A stretch of DNA of 64,000 bases, from assembly GCA_029717555.1 (NCBI GenBank), contig JAMDHS010000078.1, forward strand, positions 1-64,000, in the 5' to 3' direction. Both the position numbers and the translations under genes were made by a program. This stretch comes from Peribolospora baueri (Eukaryota). Under the pieces are notes generated by a model. It was not told the DNA's origin, made no database searches, and saw only the letters and a program-made list of their open reading frames with translations. Below are positions 39,765-53,045 of the stretch, one piece after another (the first letter of the stretch is position 1; each line of letters starts with the position of its first letter).

Positions 39765-42700
39765 ATGTCCACCACCAGTGATCGAGAGAGTCGACATGGC
39801 AGCTCGAGTTCCAGGAGGGGCGCTGCAGCCGCCGCCGGAGGAGGCTCGAGCAAGTCCAACCCAGTAAGTAGGGCACGAGCGCCACCGGGCTGTCAGTGTG
39901 CGATAATTCTATTCAGTGTGTTTTGATCATGCCACGCCGCCTTTCCTTTCTGCCTGGCCGGCGCTTCTCGCTTGCGCAGACCAACCATATGGAGTCTTCC
40001 GTCACTCGTCTCCTTGTCGCAACCAAGATGCTCCTAGAGGGTCTCAACCAATGGGCCCAGGGACGGAAGAACGAGGAGCAGGTCTCGGATATCTATGTCC
40101 GTCTCGGTAACGACTTTAACACCGCCAAGGTGGCTTTCAGCAGTTATGGCATTGACATGAGGTGAGCTGGAAAACGCGATCTGTATTTGCGAAAGCGTTG
40201 TCGATTACGCTTCAAATACGTTCCTTTCGCCGGTGCTGAGCTCATCCTGATCTTGACACCCCTTTGCGCTCCCCGCACAGCGACCTCCTTTCCGTCCCAG
40301 ACGACCTTCGCACATGCCTTGAAACCCTCCTCTCTCTCGATGCCTCCCCTGCTGTGCTCGACCAACATCTTCCCCGTATCCGAGAGATCATTATCGCACT
40401 GCTTCAAGGGCTCAAACGCAAGCAAGCTCAGTACAAGGAGCTTCTCATGAGCCAGCGCCGGCAACGATCGGGTAGCTCCGCAAGTTCGGGGCAAGTTGCT
40501 GACGGCGAGCGAGCAGAGCCACACCATCGGAGCAGTAGGGCCAGTGAACGGAGCGTCAAGAGCAGTGCGAGGGACTCGGGCACCCCGGCGTACGACCCTG
40601 AGCTGTCGGCTCGAGCCAACGCAGCCTCGTCCCATCATAATCGCACGCCGTCATCACGGAGCGTAACCTCCTCGACCATGCATCGCTCCTCCCCGTCTCA
40701 ATCGTCTTCACACAGTGTTGGATCGCCGAAGACGGCCGCGTTTGACACCACCGCCTTACCGGATGCACGAGTAAGGCGCAGCCAAGGTGCCTCGTCAGGA
40801 CATGGGCAACCCGTGAATACCGCAGCTGGTAAGGCCCAGACGCATCGGCCGCCTGGCGAGGCGACGCTGTCGAAACATACTTTGAGCGATCCCCCAGTCG
40901 CTCATTCTTCTTCCAGGGCGCAGAGCGGTCGTTCGGACGGCGGAGAGGGGGAAGGCGTCCCAAACGCCTCGCCAATGACTGTCGTAACAGGTTCAACGCC
41001 ACCGCCGTCGGGGTCGGCGACGCCGACGCATACGCCAGCACCAGCTGCCTCGTCTTCGTCAGCACCTTCCCCGTCGTCTACTCTCCGCGTCTCCCGGTCT
41101 CCCCACTCTGCGTCTGCCCTGGAGCGGAGGGCGAGCAAGCGATTCAGCGCGTACACCTTCAACAAGATGGGAGCCGGAGGCTTGGGCGGAGCTGCGGCCG
41201 GATCCGGAGCGTTGGACAGGAGGGCGAGTCGGCTACTCAGTGGAATGGGCTTGGGAGGTGGCATGAGCGCCATCGCGTCCGTCGCCGATGGCGCGACGGG
41301 CGACCCCAACGTGTCTGGGACTACATCCACGCCCAGACGCAGTGCTCTCGATCGAACGAGGGCGGATCTGGGCAGTGCAAGCCCTGGAGGCAGGACCGGG
41401 TCGCCTATTGGTGGGGCCATCAGGCGGTCCGGGTCTCGTCAGCTGGCGAGTCAGGTCCCACCTGTGCCCAATATCCCTTCCAATTTGACGCCGCCTTCCG
41501 AGAGCCCAGAAGGCAGCCCGTCGATCGAGCCTTCTTCTCTCTTTCCGGCGGAAACGCGAAGAGGCTCCGGCCTGCCTCGGCAAGAGGCCGGAAAGGATTC
41601 GGCTTCGGCGGCTCTGCATGCCGACTCGACTGGTTCTGAGCTCTCTCCGGCAGACAGCGACGCGCCGGTGCCGCCATTGCCGACGGCCAGCGAGCGAGCG
41701 GCCTTGAACGCGGCCCAAGACGCCGCCAGGACACGGTCTGGAGCCACCCATACCGCCCGATCCCCATCCATCGGTGTCACTCCCGCAGGAGCCTCCGTCA
41801 TGACTGCACCCCCTTCTCCTGCCGGGACGCCCGATGTAGTATCCGTGTACCTGCAACTGGGCAGGCAGGTGAAGAAGACGCAACTAGACGCGCATGCACT
41901 CAGCTTCGGCAACCTGAGGATGGCCTTCATTGACCGGTTCCAGTACAGCCCCGGTCTGGAAGACTTCCCCGCCATCTACGTGCGGGATGAGAAGGCCGGG
42001 GTCATGTACGAGCTGGAGGACTTAGCGGACGTACGCGATGGTGCCGTGCTCGGTTTGAATATCGAACGTGAGTTGCGTTGCTTGTCATGGGATTGTGTCA
42101 GCGTTAGGAATGACCGCGGGGACACGAGAAAGTTACTGAACCGAGCCCCCTTTTCTTTTCTGCTCGCTGCTCAAAGCGCTGGACCAGGTCAAGCAGCACA
42201 TTGATCTCACCATGGCATCGCTCACCCGGGAAATCAAGGAGCTCCGAGGCATGATCGCCGACAAGCGCTCGAGTTCGGCGGTGCAGCAAACGACTCGGCA
42301 GGATGTCGGCTCCCGGCGACAGTCCATGCTCGCCGACGGCGTCGCTTCGCCACCGCGACCTTCTGAGAAGCAGTTCGCTGCTGTCGCTCAGCGGGTCGCA
42401 CAGATGCACCGGAGTGACTCTTTACCCGAACAGGCGCGAGCGGCTCACTCCATTGCAGCTGCCGCTGGGGACAGCGCAGTGTTCGCGAAGAATCTGCAGC
42501 GGCAGTTCGACGAGCTGCAAGACCTTCGACGAGACTTGGGCATCGTCCGTCAGACTTACACCGACTTCACGACGGAGACGAAGGCGGCATTGGGCGCTTT
42601 GCGTACGGGGGCAGCCAACTTCCGTCAGCTGGCGGGTAAGCCATTGAGCGAGTCACGGGCGACGATCGAGGCGGGCAAGCTGCGACTCGACTCGGGCAGC

Positions 42701-43498
42701 CAAGAGCTTCTGACGAAGATCGAGGAGCTGCAAGACATAATCGACGATCTGAACACGGATGTGACGGGTCGCAAGATGCGCCCGAAGCAGCAGCAGATAA
42801 AGCAGATCACGACGGACATCGCGGCGACGCAAAAGAACCTGGAGGAGCTGGAGACGTTCATCAGCAGCATCAAGGCCCCATGGAAGAAGACGTGGGGAGA
42901 GGAGCTCCAGCTTATCGTGGACGAGCAGGAGTTCCTCAACCACCAGGAGAGTTTGCTCAATGACTTGAGAGAGGACCACAAAGAGCTCAGAGCGACATTC
43001 GAAAATATTGACCGCCTCGTCAAGCTTCGTCAGAACCAAGCCGCCGTGGGCACTTCCTCGCGTCGACTGCGGGAGTACGGCCCTAACCATCCGGATGCGG
43101 TGACGGACGGCCAGTCGGCGCTGGAGACGGTGATGCTGGAAGTGCGAGGCGTCGACGTGGACCCTGCGAAGCGGCTCAGAGCGATCGCTCAGGCAGAGAA
43201 GCAGAGGGAGAGGGAGATGCAGAGTCGGACGGACGAGTTCGCGGAGGAGCTGAGCGGTTTCGTGGAGGGCAAGATGCTGAGGAAGACGGGCGGGGCTGAG
43301 GAGGCGGAGAGGATCAGGAAACGGAGGGACGAGAGCACGATGCGGGCCATGTTCTCAGGCGGTGCCATCGGCGGTGGTGTGGCTGCCGGGGCCACGGCAT
43401 TGAGTCCCCGATCCACGGGCAGTCAGGAGATCGAGGACAGCGAGGTGACGACCTCGGAGGAAGAGAGTGACGAGTCGGAAGGGGAAGAGGATTCTTGA
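39765..43498 (+). CDS. BUD6: Actin-interacting polarity protein Bud6/Aip3
   Basis: N-terminal ESSVTRLLVATKMLLEGL..W...VSDIYVRLGNDFN. AIP3 core VYLQLGRQVKK...FIDRFQYSPG..DFPAIY...YELED...NIEPLDQVKQHID...KAPWKKTWGEELQLIVDEQEFL...LRKTGGAEEAER. Confidence 0.92.
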
Positions 43499-43937
43499 CC
43501 GAGGCCATGGTTTGCTATAGACCTCACTTTTCCCTTACTTCTTGACGGCCCTCGAGTCGAGGTCATTCGGGACGCGGCTGCCCTAGCTCGTTACGCCTCA
43601 TTTGTTATGTTGCGACAATCCTTCATCCCATACCATACCCTTCTTTCGCTTTGTTCAAGTCAATCAATGCATGGCGTCTTTGTTGCTCAGACAGACGGAG
43701 AGACGTGGTCGCCAACGGCTGCCCCCGTGCCGGCCACGTTCTACCCCGCTGGGGAAGCGAACGAAAACGTCATAGTTCGATGGTAGAGCCGGAAGAAGCA
43801 AGCTCGACCGAAAGGGTATCTTAGAATACACTAGACAATACATACGCACAAGTCCGATCGACCCTCTCTTTCCATCTAGGCCGATTCGAAACACAGCGTC
43901 CTCGCACGCAGCCATCCCATCATTTGTCGCTGCACCC

Positions 43938-44362
43938 TTACTTCACCCCAGTCCCCTGTGCCGCTTCACGCGCTTCTGCCTCGGCGTCCGCCTGTGCGTT
44001 CTCTTGATCGATCGAGTGGAGGACGGCCATGAACCTGTCGCGGAGGCAGAGAGGGCATGTTGAGCAAGCAGTGAGCGGGACCCGTCCCACCGCACCGACC
44101 AGACCTGAAGCCCACAGGCCAGGTGCACGATCGATCGACGGACCGAGAACGCAAACCGAAGCCAAAGATGAAAGAGGCCGATCGACGAAGGAAGGACTCA
44201 CTGAGCGGCCTGATGCACGCCCAACCTCCTGAGATAGGACGCCTGCTCGGCGGCTACGCGGACGTTTTGCTCGGTCACGCTGATGTTGTTGGCCAGTTGG
44301 GCGAGGCGACCTTGGAGGTGGGCATAGTGGCGCTCTTTGTTGCTCGTTGAGGAGTGGGACAT
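43938..44362 (-). CDS. HSK3: DASH/Dam1 kinetochore complex subunit Hsk3 (2 exons)
   Basis: MSHSSTSNKERHYAHLQGRLAQLANNISVTEQNVRVAAEQASYLRRLGVHQAAQ|FMAV matches the small Hsk3 pattern (RxYAHL..QL..N...Q....LG...A..FMA). Confidence 0.78.
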
Positions 44363-45000
44363 GGTGCGGGTTGGTTGGCTGTCGAGCGATGAAGTTTCTG
44401 TTGGTGGAGAGGAGACAGATGAACGCGCTTCGACGCGGCCCTGGCTGCGGCTGACGCTGTGACATCTGCCGATAGTGACCAGTCCCCCGCGTGTGTCCGT
44501 GTACCTCCGAGCCAAGTCGCCCTCTTTCCCCACTACTCTCGACTTCGCTCTAGGGAAAGAACAAAAAGACCATCATCGCTTCCACACTCTCTGCGAATCC
44601 TGTTACTATTGTTCCCATCTCCAATCCTTGGGCATCCCCTGAGATCCAATTCCCGTTTCCCCGGGTTCAACCCTGTCCCGTCGGATAGGCTTTACATTGC
44701 GCGCGTGACGGCCACATCACGGCGCGGGACTGGATCGCTGGACCGAGTCGTCCGCTCCATCCGTGAAACTCCACCTAGGGATTTTAAAAGACGACGGCGA
44801 AACATGTCCTTGCTTCTTCCCTCATGGCCGGTTGCTGGTGAGTAGGACGAAATGCAGGTCATCTGCGAGGAGCGACGAAATCAGGCGGGAAACTGGAGGG
44901 AGAGCAAGATCCCGCCTTGGGCAAAAGATTGAACAGGTGAAGAATTGCGAAATGTCCGATGGTGATATGATACGAATCGTGGTAACACAGGTATGCATAG

Positions 45001-47091
45001 TTAGGAGGAGAGACCTCGGTGGGAACGAGTGCTGCCGGCGTCTGGTCGCGCATCTTCGGCGTCGACGCACTGACACCTCGGCTCCGTTTTCCACCAATCC
45101 GTGAAATAGTCCATCCAGGCTTGGGGGCCTTCGCCACAAGTATGTGCCAGAATAGGGTCTCCACATCCGAGCATGAACGCCCATGAGCGTTCGAGAGCGT
45201 GACCAAAGTAAGGATCGGACGGGGTGGGCAGCCAGCCGGGGTATTTGAAATCGACACTGAGTGATGAGGAGAGCGGGAATCAGCCTTGGGCGCATTCATG
45301 AGGAATGATTCGGACTCTTGAGAGGGAGAACAGGCTCACCCTTCTTTATAAATGGGATCGCCCTCGGGCGCCTGGCGTTTACGGACGTGCAATGCAAGCA
45401 CGCTTGTGAGCACCCACAGACGGGCGTCGAGACGAGTGGACAAACCTCGGCGGACGGAGGAGCGGCCAAGAGAGACTCACCTCGACAAGGTTTTTTACAT
45501 GGATGTATCTCTCCTTCGGATTGGCCAAGATTTTCCGACGCGAGACGAAGAACTGACCCCGATAGACCGTCTTTCCACAACGCCGAAACGACCAGACCAA
45601 AGCCGATGCGGATCAGCCACACGATGTATATGCTAACGCTCGAAATGGGTCCACGTCGGCGCTCACGAATTGCCCCTTTTCTCGATCGCAGCCTTCGCCT
45701 GGATGCATGATGTCGAAAATTTGCTTCATCCTAGGCCACGAATAATTACCGCTCGCTTCGCTGACGAAAGGCAGGCGTGGGGGGGCAGCGGATGGTGGGA
45801 TGTAATAAGCAAAGATTGAACGTGCCGAGCTAAACTGATTTTTTACCAAGCCTCAGACGACTCACTCGCCGCAATAAGTGATGTCGCATGAGCTCTGGAT
45901 GGAGACCGCCAAGGAACGAGGTCAGAGTTCGTCGGCGCGACATCTTGGCTTCCCATGCAGGCGAGCTGGACCAAAAAATGATAGGGTCAAGGACGGATGG
46001 TTTGGGTGCTCACAAGGCTCAAAAACCCCGTGTCGGGCCTGAATCGAGAAAGGCGCCTGTACGCTGCGTAGGGGTATCTGTGGCGCAAGTACGCAAAGAA
46101 AAGTGTGCGTTAAAGAGTCCGGCCGGGAAGGAGCGAGGGCGAGAGCGAAGGATGCGCCACGGTCCGAAAACCATGCTTTCGAATCGTCTTTCGACGCCTC
46201 GAGCCGAGCCGAGCCGAATCAAATCGCCGCTCACTGTAAATTAGACTGAATGAAAAGCGTCCGCCCGGCCAACCCGCCGAGCGGGCCTTTGCCGTGTTCG
46301 TAGTTGCTGAGCATGTGGTGCAGGTACGTTCCGCCCTCCCTGCCAAAGTTCACCAGCTTGATCACCGCGTCCACGCCGACGGCGTGTCGCAGTTTGTCGG
46401 CGTCGATGAGATGATGTTTGACGTACACGATGACTCTTATTGCTCGCCCTGGGGCGGCGAGTGTCGAGCGCAAGGAGGCGATGTGACGTTGGAGTGTTGG
46501 GAGGGAATCGTCATAGTAGCTGATCACCACGTCCAACTCCCCCGGCGGTCCGAGGCTGGGAGAGAGCGAGACGGCGAGAGGAGGTCGAAAGCCTTCAGGC
46601 CAAGGACCTTGCTCCGCAGAGGTCGAAGCATTCTGCGCCGGCGTGTGGTCGATGCTCAGAGCGGCGAGCGTGGAAGCGTCTAGCTTGCCGGAGGGGGCGG
46701 CCCACGGTGGGACGACGACGTCGTTCAAGATGAGGCTTGTGAGGATGGCCGAGGCGAGGACGACTAGGAAGAAGGGGGCGAAAAGGAAGAGGAAAGCACC
46801 GCGCTTGCGTGGTCGGAAGATCCCAAGGCGCTCAGCGCCCTTCCAAGAACCGGTGGGAGACCGGCCCTCCGAATCGGAACCCAGTAAGGCCATCTCGATC
46901 TCTGTGTCCGTGTCCAGTATTTCATGACCGCTGTCGCCGTAATCCTTCTCCTTGTGAACCTGGCCGACATCTTCCGTCGATCGCCCTCCATGCAAGCTAT
47001 CTTTTTTGTCGTAAGGCTGGGCGTCTCGTACCGGCGACGGCCACAAAGACGGGTGAAGTGGAGACGCCGAACCGGTGGTCCGAGCAGACAT
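45001..47091 (-). CDS. Type II membrane protein with DUF3431-like luminal domain (possible glycan-modifying enzyme), multi-exon
   Basis: A single TM helix (FLFLFAPFFLVVLASAILTSLIL) follows basic RPRKR. Motifs LDVVISYY, IVYVK, LVNFGREGGTYLHH, TLFIQ, GQFFVSRRKILANPKERY, FGHALERSWAFMLGC. Stop TAA at 45001-45003. Confidence 0.7.
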
Positions 47092-48667
47092 GCTCGGGAG
47101 TCGGTAAGGCGTGCGTCACGCGAGCGTGCACGCCAGGAATAAATGCTCACCGCAAAGGGGGAGGGGCTGCAACGACGCCACGCAGATGGCGGAAGCCGTT
47201 TGGACGTCCTTCGTTCACTCCGATCCGGCGGGGGATACGAAGGACTGCTGAAAACAACAAGATACTGGGTGGGGGCCTCTTGAATAGAACCAAAATGGAG
47301 ACTGTCGTCGAGAGGCACAGAAGACACAGGGTATATATATGTATGAGTGAGCCAGCGTTGTGCCGGCAGCACAAGAACAGTGTAAAGGGCCCGCCCAGCT
47401 GGCTGGCTGGCTTTGACCTGTCAAATGAGGCAGTACAAGGGCGTCGAACGAGGATCACCATATGCCCTGCATGCCGGAAGTGCGTACAGGGCGGGACCAA
47501 ATAGATGAAACTGACGAAACTGAGGGGCACCTCGATTAGGTGGTGGACGACGACCTGCTGTTGAATTTGGCAGACGGGGATGAGGATGAGCTTGACTGAT
47601 GCAAGAGTCGTCACGCAGACGCACTTAAAAATTGGCTAAATGGCTCTTAGACGACCTTTGGCGCGCTGCGCCCATGTCTGAACGTTCGTCTGGCACCGCC
47701 GATGCGATGCTACTGTCTGGCCGTCTCCTGGCACCACCATTGATACTTACATAAGCGCCGCCAAGCGATGCCGCAGTCGATTGCAACGGAGTTCCGTTTC
47801 CCTCTCCGACTCGCCATGTCATGCGAGTAGCGACGAACGAACGTGCGGAAAGAGCGGCCTAGCGGACGGACACCGCCTCAGCCCGATCAAAGCGCCGTTG
47901 GAGCGTTCACAAGCTCACCGCCGACGTTCGCAGCCGTGCTCCATGCCCCCCGAGCTACAATCCATTCCTTTGGCTCCGACCTTTCTTGACGCTGTGTCAC
48001 TAGATCGATAGCCGCCAGATCCCCTCGTTCTTACCCGGGCGGTCAGCTGGTCGGCTTTCCCTCGAGAGTAAAAAAAGAAACGCTTATTATACACGATCGA
48101 TGGATGGTCGACGCAAGACTGTCGTCGCGGTAGAGGACGAGGAGCCAAGCATAGGGTTACCGCAGCATTACCGCAGCTGCTTTCGCCTGCTTGTTTGTGG
48201 CTGTACGGACAATATGCCCGACTTCCACAGAGCTGTCGTCTTCCGACGACCTCGGTCGGGGGCTAAAAGCCGCGGCGTGGTGGTCAGCGTGTCGAAGAGA
48301 GGTATGTAACTTCTCTCATGGTGCTACAGTGTCTGATCTGGCGTTCTGGCTGCGATTGGGCGTCGTGGACCCAGAGGGCGTCGTCGCTCTCGTTCTCTTG
48401 TCCGTACATCCACCACGAGTCCGTATATCCGGCGAGAGCCATTTGTGGCGGGGACGAACAGCATCGACCCGGAACGCCAGGCGGTCCCTAAGCTCATCGT
48501 CGGCTTCCACAGCCACTCAAGCTTTCATGATTGGTTGCAGGCGTAGTGGCAGCCTCCGTTACCTATCTCACAGCCTCGCTCCTAGCTTTGGCGCCGGCAA
48601 TGGTTAAAAGCAAGGGCACTTTGAAGGCATCCGCCGTAATCGACTCACCCACTATCACATTCTGACC

Positions 48668-50723
48668 ATGACCGTCGCCGTTCAGGATTCCCCCTCCTCC
48701 AAGTCTGGCAACATGCACATCGTCCTCGTTTCCAACCCGGCAACGGGCCAGATGAACCCCTTGCTTGCCGTCTCTCAGCACTTGCTCGCTAGAGGCCACC
48801 ACGTCTATTTCCTCACCGGCTCCTCCTTCGCCAAGCGTTTTAATCAGTTTCGCTCTCGCCTCTCGGAAGAAGAGGCGGCACGCGTTGCCTTTGTTGACTT
48901 GGGAACTTCCAATGTCGTGGAAGACTAGTGCGTCCACCGTGCGCGCTTTCACCTTCCACTAATTTTCTTCAGTGTCTGATCCGCGAACATCTTCGCTGCG
49001 CGTCGCACTTCCCTCGCCACAGCACCCCAGCTATCCAAGCCGAACTCAACGGCTTGCGCACGTCCCCAGGGAGCATAGGCTTTATTCACTTGTGGGACAG
49101 GCTCGTGGGCGGCACGGAGGAGATCTTCAAGGCGACAGCATACAATGTCCGCGACCAAATAGATACGATCGATCCGGACATGGGTGAGTTGTGCGTGAAA
49201 GGGGCCTGCATTCTCTCCTTACCTCGAAGCTCACCTTCCTTTCGTAATCACCGCTCCCCTGGTCCGGCAGTCGTGGCCGACAATTTCTCGGCCGCGTTGC
49301 TCGACGGCGTGCGCCTCAGCGGCCGCGCATGGATTCACAGCTGCCCAGCCGCGCCCACGATGATTGCGAACCCGGACCCCTTTAGGGAGCCATTTCCCAT
49401 CCTTGGAGTTTGGCATGGTAGCTGGGGCGATGTCTTTCGAAGTGAGTGATTGAAGAGAGGTCTTGAGAACCCCTCCCTCGCCTTCGCCCTCTTTCTCACG
49501 CACATATTCACGCACACCTACACACACTCTCTCCTTCTTTCTCAAACTATTAGACTTCGTTTTGATCGCGAAATTCTCACATTGGTCGTGGTATTCCAAT
49601 TCGGCGCAAGTGCACCGCCAATTGCGCTACAACGAGTACGGCTTCCCGAAACTCGGCCTCCTTGCCGACGCCTTCCCTTCGCCTCCGATGAGCGCCATCA
49701 AAGAGTGCGTCGCGGGCATCTCGTACAACGTGTCTGGCCTCCACCACTATCAGCGCCGGGAAGCGTTCGCGGACAAGCAATTCTTCGTCGGTGCTACGCT
49801 GCCCATGTCCCGCAAACCGACGAGCGTTAGCTTTGATGAGCTGGAAAAGGATGTGAGTGGCCCCGGGGCGCGGCGCGTTCGGATTTCGGATCAGGGTGCG
49901 CACGCCTGGTGCAGAAACGTCGATGCCGGATGTTGACGTCCGCTTTGTGCGCTTTGCCATCGCTCCTGCCACTCACCCCCAACAGGCTGAGATTAGTTGG
50001 TTGGACGATGCTCTCGCAAACGGCGAAGATGTCGTTTACAGTGAGTGCAGAACGCCAGTGTGCACATGCACCCTTTTGGCGGGCTAGGGCAAGGCCAGTT
50101 CGCTGAATCCGTCGTTGTCGTTCCGCAACGGCCCTCCCCTCTCCTCCCCTCCCTCCGCTCCCGCAGTGAACATGGGCAGCATTTTCGTCTACTCGAGAAA
50201 AGAGTACGAGGCGGTCGTGGAGGCGTTTTCGCGCGTGCACAAGGCGCGCGGCCACCTGCGAGTGCTGCTCAAGATCCCGGACCAAGGAACGATGCAAGAC
50301 CTCCCTCCGGCCTCGGCGCTTCCTTCTTTTATCCGTCGAGTCGAGTGGGTGCCGTCGGTGGAAGATGTGCTCTCGCACGCCGCCGTCAAGGTCAGCATCA
50401 ACCACGCGGGTGGGAACAGTTTCAACGAGGCGGTCTACTACGCCATGCCCCAACTTAGCCTGAGCCAATGGACGGACACGCACGACCTGGCTGCCATCGT
50501 ACAGTCCTTCGGGCTCGGCCTGCGCAGCGACAAGTCCCCTTTCCTGGACGCTGACGACATCTCATCCAAGCTTCTCCGCCTCTTGGGCGACGAGTGGCCC
50601 CAATTCAAGTCCAATTCCGTCATGTGGTCCCTCCGCAGCAGGCAAGGTGGCGGGGCTGTAGCGGCGGCCGATATCATAGAGACGTACGCGCGGAGGTATG
50701 GGAGGGGGACCAAGTCTGGCTGA
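48668..50723 (+). CDS. GT1/UGT-fold glycosyltransferase, Emt1 (erythritol mannosyltransferase)-like, 6 exons
   Basis: N-terminus HIVLVSNPATGQMNPLLAVSQHLLARGHHVYFLTGSSFA...DLG..VEDY...LR..PG...VRDQIDTIDPDMVVAD. C-terminal UGT signature WVPSVEDVLSHAAVKVSINHAGGNSFNEAVYYAMPQLSLSQWTD. The GT1 call is secure; similarity to Ustilago Emt1 is from recalled sequence. Confidence 0.85.
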
Positions 50724-53045
50724 AAGATATGGCGAACCCCTCCCCCCCTCTTCCCACCCCCATCCATTTCGACTTCGTCCTCTTTCTCCCCTCTTTTCTT
50801 CGCGTTCCCTCCGACGTGGACCATTCGTTTTATCCCTGCCTACCTTCTATTAGCTCACATTCGTCCTAGGACGCCTCCCGTTGACAGTATTTCGCGCATG
50901 TACCGCTTGTTCGCCACAACCGGTCTTGCGCTCACCCCACTTCCACTTCGTCGGATAGGGGTGATGGAAATAAAGATTCCTCAAGTTTCCCGAGCTCGCC
51001 TGCTTGTGCGAAGGCCTGCTCGCGCATGCCACCGCGTCATTGCTCGTGCTCCGCGTATCGGCCTCCGTAAAGATCGGCCTTGGCAGATGGGAGAAGACGT
51101 TGGCATAACCGGCGCACCGACGTGACAGTCAGCAGACAGTACGTATATAGTGTCGCGTTGAAATAGTCGCGCCGGGCGAGGGACGTTTCAGGAGGGACAA
51201 GGTACCTTTAAAGGAGTCGCAGCACGTGATACAGCACCTGGTCAAACCAACTAAGCCCCCAAGGCTCAGTTCTTTCGCCTTTTACCACCTTGCCACCTGG
51301 CCGGCGGTCGTCCTCGCTCGCCGAGATGCACTACAGAGCAGGTTGCCGAGGTCGTCGCTCGGTTGGAGTAGCCTGCCTGTCGTGGTTCCAAACAGCATAG
51401 TGCCAAGCGACGGATAAAAAAAAATGTTGTGCATGGACGACTGGTTTGAGAGTGATATTGGCACCAATTAGAAGATGCGACCGAATCGCCGCCGTGTCCC
51501 GCCAAAGTCTCGGGAAACAGCCATCCGTCGTTTGGAGGACGTCTGGACGACAAGGTACGCATCGCATGACTCGGGCAATCGATTGAGCCGGCGCTGGACG
51601 TCCGCCACCTGGACACGGCGGTCAACGTGAGTTTCAGCTCTTTGTGCAATCTCGTCTGCCAATGCGACGTTGAAGCGATAAAATCTGCAAGACACTGTCC
51701 TCCTTCTCTCTCTTCTCTCTCCTCTTTCCTAGGTGTCTTTGCGCCGATGAAATGTGCTAGACATTGCCCTGAGCGTCTGTCGCTTGCAGGATTCCCCGTC
51801 GCTGCTTTCCGGCTTTCCGTCCGGAACGACTCAATAGGGACACCCTCGAATCCTCACATCTCACTCTCAGGCCTGCGACACGCTCTGATGTGCGACACGA
51901 CGGCGTTACTTGCTTGAGGCCGATCTCCCCCGAGCACCCTTTTTCACTTCATCGCCGCCAACTGTCCGCCTTTGCCTTTGCTACCGCCTCCGGTGCTCCC
52001 CCGATCCAAACCCTTGGTTCTAACCCTAACCCTAACACGTTTGTCACCTTTCTTTTCGTTGGCTAGATTGGATTCGGTGGCGCTCCGTCCGCAGTCTCCA
52101 CCAATCTCAATCAATCTCAATCAATCAATCTCAATCTCTCGGAGATGCGGAGATGATCTTCATCGTTCGAATCGTTCGAATCATCAGAGGCGGACGGTAA
52201 AGGTAAATCTCCTCTTCCGCCTCCGCCCGTCCTTCCGTCCCCCTTGCTCGATGCGCGCACGGTCTCTTGAACGGCCCGGCGGCGGAGGAGGATCGCCAGC
52301 AAGCCCCTGGAAGATCCGCTGGTTCACCCCTCGACGGACGCCGCCTCGCCGGTCCCGCACGCTCGCCGATCCGTTCGCCAGATCCCTCACATCCTCCCCC
52401 TTCTCCTTCCATCCGCCACCTTCCTCATTTTTTTTCAGGGTGCCGCCCGTCCTCGCTCTCCGTCACACTCCTCCACCACCGCCTCCCCGCACTCCGTCTC
52501 TGTGTTCCACACGTCCACCCACTTCGGGCCGCCCGGCCGCCGGAAACCCGACCGGTCCCTGGTCCTTCTCCTTTCGCTCCTTGCCACACCGTCCGTTCCT
52601 CTCGTTCCTGTAGGATGATCCTTACTGTGGCCGTCAAACAGGAACGCAGACAGTGGTTCACCCATCCCCCGAGGGGACCCCCCACCCTCGGCTATCTTCC
52701 TACGCTTCCGTTCCAGACGAACACCGCGCACTTGGCTTCGCGCTCGCTGCCCGCACCGGAGCGCAGGCATGATGCACCACTTCTCCTTGATGAGCACTCC
52801 ATCACCGTCGCCAGGACCTGGAAAAGCATAAAAGGCGGGCCGTCGAGGACGTCGAGGAACGATTCTTTCCCCCATCCTCTCAGGTCTGATAGATCCTTGC
52901 TTCCACTAGCTTCTTAGCTCTTCCACTCTTTCGCCACCCGGAATCGTCTTTTTGCGCTTGCGCATCACACCCGTCTTTACACGGCACCCGTCTTCACAAG
53001 TACCTGGCGTCCTTCAAAGACCGCACCACTCTACCACCCGTCAAC

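Noticed and set aside
52020..52036. (TAACCC)n as a telomere or chromosome-fusion relic
   Set aside because: Fewer than three units; treated only as a possible promoter motif.
52100..52185. GTTCGAATC repeats as a tRNA T-loop or heat-shock element; CAAT(CT) repeats
   Set aside because: No cloverleaf stems, and the GAA/TTC spacing does not fit an HSE. These are simple slippage repeats.
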